Below are positions 57,243-64,000 of a stretch of DNA of 64,000 nt, one piece after another. Position 1 is the stretch's first letter. Every line of letters begins with the position of its first letter. The stretch is from assembly GCA_907165135.1 (NCBI GenBank), contig OU015569.1, positions 12,400,001 through 12,464,000 on the forward strand, in the 5' to 3' direction. A program made the position numbers and the translations under genes. The notes under the pieces were generated by a model. It worked only from the letters and a program-made list of their open reading frames with translations, was not told the origin of the DNA and ran no database searches. Source of the DNA: Oikopleura dioica. Lineage: Eukaryota > Animalia > Chordata.

Positions 57243-58874
57243 TCATAGTTTCGAAGGCGACCCGGCGGCGAACGAGTTTGGCAAGAGATCTTTTTTGGGT
57301 TTGGCAGGTAACGAGTACAAATACACGGCGCAGATTACCAGCGCCGCGCCTGTCACAAACGAACTCTGTCATTTCAGTTCAACACATTTTCAAAAGATGG
57401 ATTCATTAAGACGAGAAGCCCTAACAGAAAGAGCACAAGGCTGTGTATTGAACTGTGCCTGTATTTGGAAGCCGAAGAAGATGACGGAAAGGATGGTGGA
57501 GACGATGATGGCTATGCTGGTTGCGAAGCCCTTGACAATGTTGTCCGCGTACTTGATGACGACGGCGATCAACAGGCCCCCGAAAGCCTGGTTGAAGACC
57601 ACAGCCAGGGCGATGCCGTTGAAGCCAAAGAAAATTCCCTGAAACAGTCTTTAGCGCGAGAAATAGAAGAAAAACCGAGAACGATGAACTCGGCTTTTTG
57701 AATTGTTAATTTTTCTAAAAAGAAGAGTCGCTTACTTTTTTGGCAATTTGTTCTCCGTCTTTGGCGATCATTCCAATTCCGGCGAGAACAGCGGCAAAGA
57801 GGCCGAGCTGTATGTTCCTCAGCCAAATGGAGACTTGTCCCGTCTTGAGGATTTTCTCAAGGTAGACGCCGGCGAAGCCAGAAAAGAGGCAGGAAATGAG
57901 GACTGCGGAGAAGCCAACGAGCCGGTTTTGCGAAGCGGGATCGACGGAGGACTCGCTCGTTTCGTGGCTTTGGACGATCGCCACGCCAAGAAAGAGAAGC
58001 AGCATCGAAATCCACTGCGTCCGCGAGAGCTGTTTCTTCAGCAGGGCGACGGAGAAGAGAGCAGTCGTCAGGATTTTCAGCTGGTAAGAAACTGAAAACA
58101 TCGATTTGACTTTTTACTTCTTGATTTAAAAAACGGGTGACACTATTTATATGATCAAGGAAACGCTCGCGGAGCCAGCTGAGCTCGGCAACCTGAGTGG
58201 AAAACCTGAGTCAGGGTTCTAAAAGAATAGAATGAAAAGCCTCGTAGCGGCTTTTTTTTATAAAAACGAAGCCGCGAAGCGGCTTCGCTAGTTAAAGTAA
58301 TTCATTGAGTTGGTAACTGGCGAAGACGCTACGCGGCTTTTCATTTTACTCTTTTAGAACCCTGACTCAGGTTTTTTACTCAGGTTGTCGAGCCCAGCCA
58401 CTCAGCAATAAACTTGCTCAAACAAAAACCGAAAAATCAAGTAGTTTAAAGTACCTTGAAAGGTAGCTGCTGGAAGATTGGAAACCGCCAGATAAAGCAG
58501 GTTGTTCTGGACTGTGTAGATGAAGCTGGGAACGGCGACTTTGAGCGTGTCCCAGGGCCGGTTGATGATCTCGCTGCTGATTTCGCCGTAGAAAGAGAGC
58601 ACATTGCACTAGAACGGTTTGAGCTTAGGCGAGAAAGGCTGGAAAGGTACCTTGTGGCTGCCGACGAGGAGAATCAAAGAAGAAGCGACGATTTTTAAGA
58701 TTTCGCAAAAGAACACTGCTGCGGTATTGAAGAACTTGTCTCCCTAAAACTTTGCTAAGGAGATGTTTTTAAATAGAGAATTACCTCGTCTGTTCGTGCT
58801 TTGCGCATCGTGAGCACCAGGGAGGCATTTTGAGCGACTAAAAGGACGAGGGCGAGCGTCTTGACCCATCCCAT
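57243..58874 (-). CDS. SLC35A: Nucleotide-sugar transporter, SLC35A2/A3-like
   Basis: [67 protein letters not shown]. Confidence 0.92.
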
Positions 58875-60321
58875 CCCGCTCGAGTCTGAAAACAAAATTC
58901 TCGTTTTTTTAATTTTGCGCGAAAAAGGGAAAAAAGCTTGCGGCGATTATAAAGTTTTACAAAGCGTAAAGAATAAAAATTCAGGAGCGCTTTTGAAGCA
59001 TTCTCACGCCTCTTTTATTTTTTATTTTGACTTTTGATTTTTAATTAATAAAAAATCAGTCCAATTTACCAGAAATAAAAATAAATCTAGCTGAAAATTC
59101 GGCAAAGCCAGATCGTTTCTAAAAAAGCCGCTGTGCGGCTAAAAATGCTGGGACCGGATTCTACACGGATTTTCGAGTCCTGAGCTCGGCAGCCTGTTTA
59201 GAAAACCTGAGTCAGGTTCTGATGAGCCAAAATGAAGCCGCAAAGCCGTTTCGCTAATCTAAAAATAGATTAAGTAAGTTGTGTTGCAAAGCGGCTTTGC
59301 GGCTTTATTTTTCAAAAAGCCGCCACGCGGCTTTTCAATTTAACTCTTCAGAACCTGACTCATGTTTTCTACGCAGGATACCGAGTCCAGAAGTCGAGTA
59401 AAATCGCTACCTTTGTGGGAATTCATTTTCTGTCAATTTCGGATTCTCTCTCGCTGCGCGTTTTTTATCTTATTTTTAATCTTATTTAATTTGGCAAGTG
59501 AGTCAACTCAGATGCCTTCATCTTTGGGTCAGGAAAAAATGTACGCGAGATGTCCGATTCTGTAGGCCTGCGGGCAGACTCAAAAGTCTACTGCAGAAGA
59601 AAAAATCCGATTAGAGCGAATCGGTCAGCCTTTTTTCCAAAGTCGGGGATCTTATCTTGCGCGGATCTGCTTCTTTTTATCCGATTTTAAAAGTATTCAA
59701 TAATTTATTTTCTTTAAAAAATAATTGAAAATAATGAGTGTTATTGATGATTTTTAATCAGATTTTATTTTTTTTTAATAAAAAATATTAAATAATTATT
59801 TTTAGAAAAAATGCCTTTTTAATAATTAATAAAGAAAAATAATACTAAATAATTAGTAATTATTATTTATTAAATAAAAATTGTGATTTATCAAATAATA
59901 ATTACTTATTATTTAATATTATTTTTCTTAATAACGAAAAATAACGTAAAATAAATATTTTTTCCTTAATAAATAATTTAATATTTTTTGTTTAATAGTT
60001 TGCGAGGAACTTTGAAAAATTTAATTAGTCATAAAAATATAATCCACGATTTCTAGAATTTCTGATAAAAATTTATCAATTGAACAGTTATCAATCAATT
60101 TTTCTCTTGAACAGAAATAACTTCATTTTCTTCAAAAACGAGAAGCCGGGATTTTTCCCTTTTCTCGATTTTTATCATTTCCCTCGGCTCCCGATTGGGC
60201 GACCAATCAGCTGCGCGCTGATAAAAGCGGCCGTGGGAATTTGTAGAATTTAGCGAATTCGCGAAAAAGGGAACGGAAAAAGAAGACAAGAAAGAAAAAA
60301 GAGAGAAAAGAGAAGAAAATT

Positions 60322-61323
60322 ATGAAAATCGGCTGGTCGCTATTTGTGATTTTGGCAGTGACGAATTTTGGAGAAGGAAAGGCGAAATTGGCCTGCTGGG
60401 AAACTGAACGTAAGTAGCTTATCGGCTCGGCAACCTGTGTGGAAAACCTGAGTCAGGTTCTGAAGGGCTAGTAGCGGCTTTTTTGAATACGAAGCCGCTG
60501 TCGGTATCAGGATCTTTGTCTAAATACTGGCGAAGTGAGGTCTCTTCAGAACCTGACTCAGGTTCCCACACAGGTTTCACATTTTTTCTAAATCAAATTA
60601 AAAACTCACCAGATATTCGAGGAGGAGAATATGCCATCTCTGAGATTTCTTAATTTCCCGAATTTATCAAAAAAAAAATAATTATTTTCAATTTATTTTC
60701 TTCGAAGTTTGTGGAAAATAATCTAGAAATAAATTCAACTTTTAGGCTTCGAAATCGAGAACGCGTGCCGTGCCTGCCGCAGCAAAGGAGACAATCAACG
60801 CATTTGCGCAGAAACTGGCTTCATCGAAAAGGTTTCTTTCAATTTCAGTCTCTGCAACTCGGCGAATTGAACTCGCTTTTTCCCACAAGAGTTACGTTCC
60901 CAGCTTGACTCTGGGCTCAGCAGGCTGTGTAGAAAGCCTGAGTCAGGGTCTGAAATGAAAAGCCGCGCAGCGGCTTTTCTTGAAACGAAGCCGCGAAGCG
61001 GCTTCGCTAATATTACTATTACACTCTATCAAAAACTCTGGCGAATTTAGCTTTTCAATATATAAACACTGACGTAGGTGTTTTTAGGTGAAGTGCAACA
61101 GTGGCCAAATCGAGGCCCGTTCGTGCACCGAGCTGCCAGCAGACCAGAAAAAGAAATTCATCAAGTTTGAGCTGTTTTGCGCGCTTTTTGGAACCGGCTG
61201 CGGTAAGCTTAGATTTCCGGCTTTTTCGTCAATAAGTTTTCAGCGTATTTCACCTTCCAGCGCATGAGACAGCTCGACCGCGAGCACGATGAGCGAATCA
61301 AGAAACAACTTTCCTCTCTCTGA
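60322..61323 (+). CDS. JTB: Jumping translocation breakpoint protein, 4 exons
   Basis: Signal peptide, CWETERFEIENACRAC, CAETGFIEKVKC, RSC, FIKFE, TM segment and RQLDREHDERIKKQLSSL align with JTB. Confidence 0.85.
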
Positions 61324-63503
61324 GTTTTCCAGCAACTACCAACCTCCTTTTCAAAACGTCATTTGCTTCTGTGTCTATTCTTCAAGTCTGGGCTCGGCAA
61401 GCTGTGAGACTCATATTAAATTTGTTTGAGGAACCTGACTCAGGTTTTTAAACAGTTTGCCGAGCCCAGCCTCAAGTTGCAGTTCCAGCTCGCTTCTCCT
61501 TCATTTCGAGCTCGACGCTTCTGGCTGCTTCGATCTCTCGGCGGCGCAGGAAAAACGCTTCGACTCTCCAGACTCAAAATATCACTGCTCAAGAATGGAG
61601 AAGGACTCGCTTTTCTTCGTCATCGCCCACAACAAATGCTCTCTCGTCAATCTTGAGTCGCACGTCTCCTTCTTCAAATACTGTAAGTATTCATCTCTCC
61701 TCAAGGCCTTTTTTCTGGATTCCGATAGATCAAAGCAATGGGCAGCTCTCGGAATCACTCATCTTTTTCAGCCTTCGAGCTAACAGCTGGAGAGCGACTA
61801 ACAAGCGACTCTCTCGTCCGAAAGATCCACTTCGCCTACGAAATCCTGGCGAAGTACTTCCTCTTCGGCGCGCGTCAGGAATGCTCCCTTTCGAAAATCG
61901 CCGCCTCCTCCTTTTTTCGTCCAAACTCGACGGCTGTCTCGACCAAGCGCGGCTGGTTCGGCGCTCAAACCACCACCATTGCGCCCCTTTCTCCTCATGT
62001 CATGCTTTTTCTTCACGTATGTTAACCGAGACTCGAGGACGAATTAAAATTGATTTAGGAAGAGATGACTTTTCTGCTCAGCGCAAATCTAAATAATGTG
62101 CGAGTCACTGGAGCTCTCAATCTTCACTCCTCCTCGCTGCCCTCGCTCAGGTTCGAAAAAAGTAATTCCGCTTTTCAAAGCGTAATCTTTTGCTTCAGCA
62201 CTTGTTCCCTCGGAGTAGATCTGTCAGGGCGGCCGAATCTCGTTCCATCAGAAGACGTCTTCATCGACTTTACTTCTTCCTCCAGCGCGGCCAAGCTCGA
62301 CTGCTGTCTCAGCAACGAAAATCTATTTCTGGCGCGTTACGACGTCGAAAACATCTCCTGTCCTCTCAAACTCAAAGTCACGGTCAGAATTAGGTTCGTT
62401 TTCCTCCTGCGTGTTTTCGTGCACATTTTATTCTGTTAATCAATTTTTAGAGAAGCGGACAAGATCGTGGAGACGTCAATTTGTTGCAAAAGCGAGCTTC
62501 CGAAGAACGTGCGGATGCAAGAGTTGAAGCTTCGTTTTCAGCTTCCGGAAGGGACGGTCAACGCCATCCTCCTCGGCGGCGGAACATCGCTGCTGGCTTC
62601 TTTTTCGATGGAGAAGGAAACGAACGAAGGCATCTGGCAAGCGAAATCGCTCTTTGGCGGTGCTGAAGTCGACTCCACCATCTCCATCGCCGTTTCAACC
62701 GTCGACGACGTCCAAAGCATCAAAAGAAGACTCAATAACTTCGTCTGTTCTTTTCACGTCGAGGACTTTTCCTTCTTCAGGTAAAGTGTGGCCTCGAATA
62801 AGACTTAAAATGCCGTGCAGCTCAATTTTACGTAAACTCGAGTCTGGGCTCGGTAACCTGTCTAGAAAACCTGAGTCAGGCTTTGGAAGATCTTAAATCA
62901 AGAGCCGCGTCGCATGATTACAATTACGCTTTGCGGCTTTTCATCCAAGATCTTCCCAAGCCTGACTCAGGTTTTCTAGACAGGTTGCCGAGCTCAGACT
63001 CGATCCCGCAAACGGCTTCTATCTTAGAATCTAAGTAGATTTATTCTATCTAAAAATGTTTAACAGTCGAAATCTCGCGAATTTTTACTCTATAAAAAGT
63101 GCACCTTTTGCAAAAAAAGTGACAAAAGTGATAAGTGAAAGTGAGGTGATTTCCCAAAAAAGTGCACTTTAAGGTGCACCTTCAAAATGCTTTTTTCAAA
63201 AAAGTTTAAGGTGAAGTGAAAGTGCTAAAATTTCCCAAAAAGTGCACTTTTAGGTGCACCTTCAAAGTGGTCTTTTTGAAAGATTAAAAGGTGAGGTGGG
63301 TGAGGTGATAATTTCACTTTCGATCACTTTCCAAAAAGTGCACCCTAAAGTGAGGTGATTTCGAACCCTGTTTCAGGCTAGCAGTTTCCAAGTTCAAAAT
63401 CTGCGATCAATCGCGTTCGCCGATTCCCGTCGAGAGAAAAACGCGTCAGCGGCTTTCCTGCGCCAACGCTAGAATTAATCTGTACACCGAAAACACGCCT
63501 TAG
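61289..63503 (+). CDS. AP4M1: Adaptor complex mu subunit, AP-4 mu-like; start codon uncertain
   Basis: LTSDSLVRKIHFAYEILAKYFLFGARQ (mu-chain N-terminal motif), GWFGAQTTTIAP (cf. AP4M1 GLFGAETQQSKVAP), mu-homology-domain exons ending at 63503. Confidence 0.7.
63065..63370. mobile_element. Degenerate element with GTGCAC/AAAGTG subterminal repeats in the last AP4M1 intron
   Basis: Repeated aaaaagtgcac...aggtg motifs; right end TTCGAACCCTG resembles a hAT TIR, left end eroded. Confidence 0.5.
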
Positions 63504-63941
63504 TCCAGTAGTTCTTTCTCTTCTGTCCTTTTCATTCGCTTTACAACACTTGTACTTATATTTACCTGCTCTGCGAAAAATAACTTAGTGATGCGCTTCA
63601 TCAACTATTCAGTTCAATAAAAATAAATACATACAGATTCAAAAAAAGTATTCGCTCTTGAGTTCTCCTCTCTCTCAGAAAGAAATCAGCAGAAATAATG
63701 ATAGTTATTGTTAGTTTTTCTGCCCAATTTGGTGCAAGAATCGTTCGAAACTCGCTGCAGGGAAAAATGCTCCAGGCCGAGTTTTTGTTAAAAGGAGCAA
63801 TACAAGATGGAAGAGTTGTTTTGACGAGAGTGCTTTTTAGAATGTGTTTCCGGCTGGTGATTTTATAGTCCTTTCCCTTACTTCTGGCCTTGATAGCTTA
63901 GAAGAGACTCTCCCAACTTGTCCGTAGGAGAAACAAAAAAG

Positions 63942-63983
63942 ATGTCGCAGAGTGACAATTCGCCGCCTTTGCAAAATGCCCCG
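63942..63983 (+). CDS. First coding exon of a gene running off the window (MSQSDNSPPLQNAP)
   Basis: Acceptor tccgtag just upstream, ATG, then GTGAGT donor. Confidence 0.4.
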
Positions 63984-64000
63984 GTGAGTATGCTCGCTCA

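Larger units (their letters stand above)
1817..62998. mobile_element. Dispersed MITE family A (TIR CTGGGCTCGGCAACCTGTGTAGAAAACCTGAGTCAGG), more than 20 copies, 8-bp TSD
   Basis: Copies e.g. 1817-1921, 9377-9597, 20017-20199, 30095-30441, about 36570-36858, 38278-38703, about 40560-40752, about 49221-49328, about 50063-50171, about 58180-58397, 61388-61469, 62844-62998. TSDs: AGTGATTT/AGTGATTT at 38270/38704, agaaatac/agaagtgc at 30087/30442. The span is first to last copy, not one element. Confidence 0.9.

Noticed and set aside
59700-60010. Very AT-rich tract as a regulatory or replication element
   Set aside because: Low-complexity sequence with no definable structure.

Overview
Eukaryotic, gene-dense animal DNA with very short introns (33-60 nt common), frequent non-GT donors (GA, GC) and unpaired acceptors before start codons. 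This points to an appendicularian tunicate (Oikopleura-like); the taxon is an inference. Reconstructed genes: a PLAC8-family gene, an atypical kinase, ANAPC2, 4E-BP, an SV2-like MFS transporter with HAAO nested antisense in one intron, a secreted Cys-rich protein, a decayed GH9 cellulase, a divergent beta-catenin-family gene, an EVH1/Homer-like gene, ATRX lacking the ADD domain, MCEE, PCTP, a spliced pogo/Tigger transposase, an EF-hand gene, SLC35A, JTB and AP4M1-like. The rest is saturated with MITE/foldback elements (8-bp, TA and TTAA target duplications) and patchworks of short copied fragments. Main discovery: every homology-constrained non-GT intron I could place (12, with GA, GC, AA and even TT starts) has a 5-13 bp inverted repeat pairing its two ends a few nt inside the junctions. 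They almost always follow an exonic AG, one is flanked by an exact 8-bp duplication, and one consists entirely of a MITE. This suggests an active transposon-to-intron system with structure-assisted splicing. No rRNA, tRNA or CRISPR seen. Gene models were spliced by hand and are unverified by RNA.
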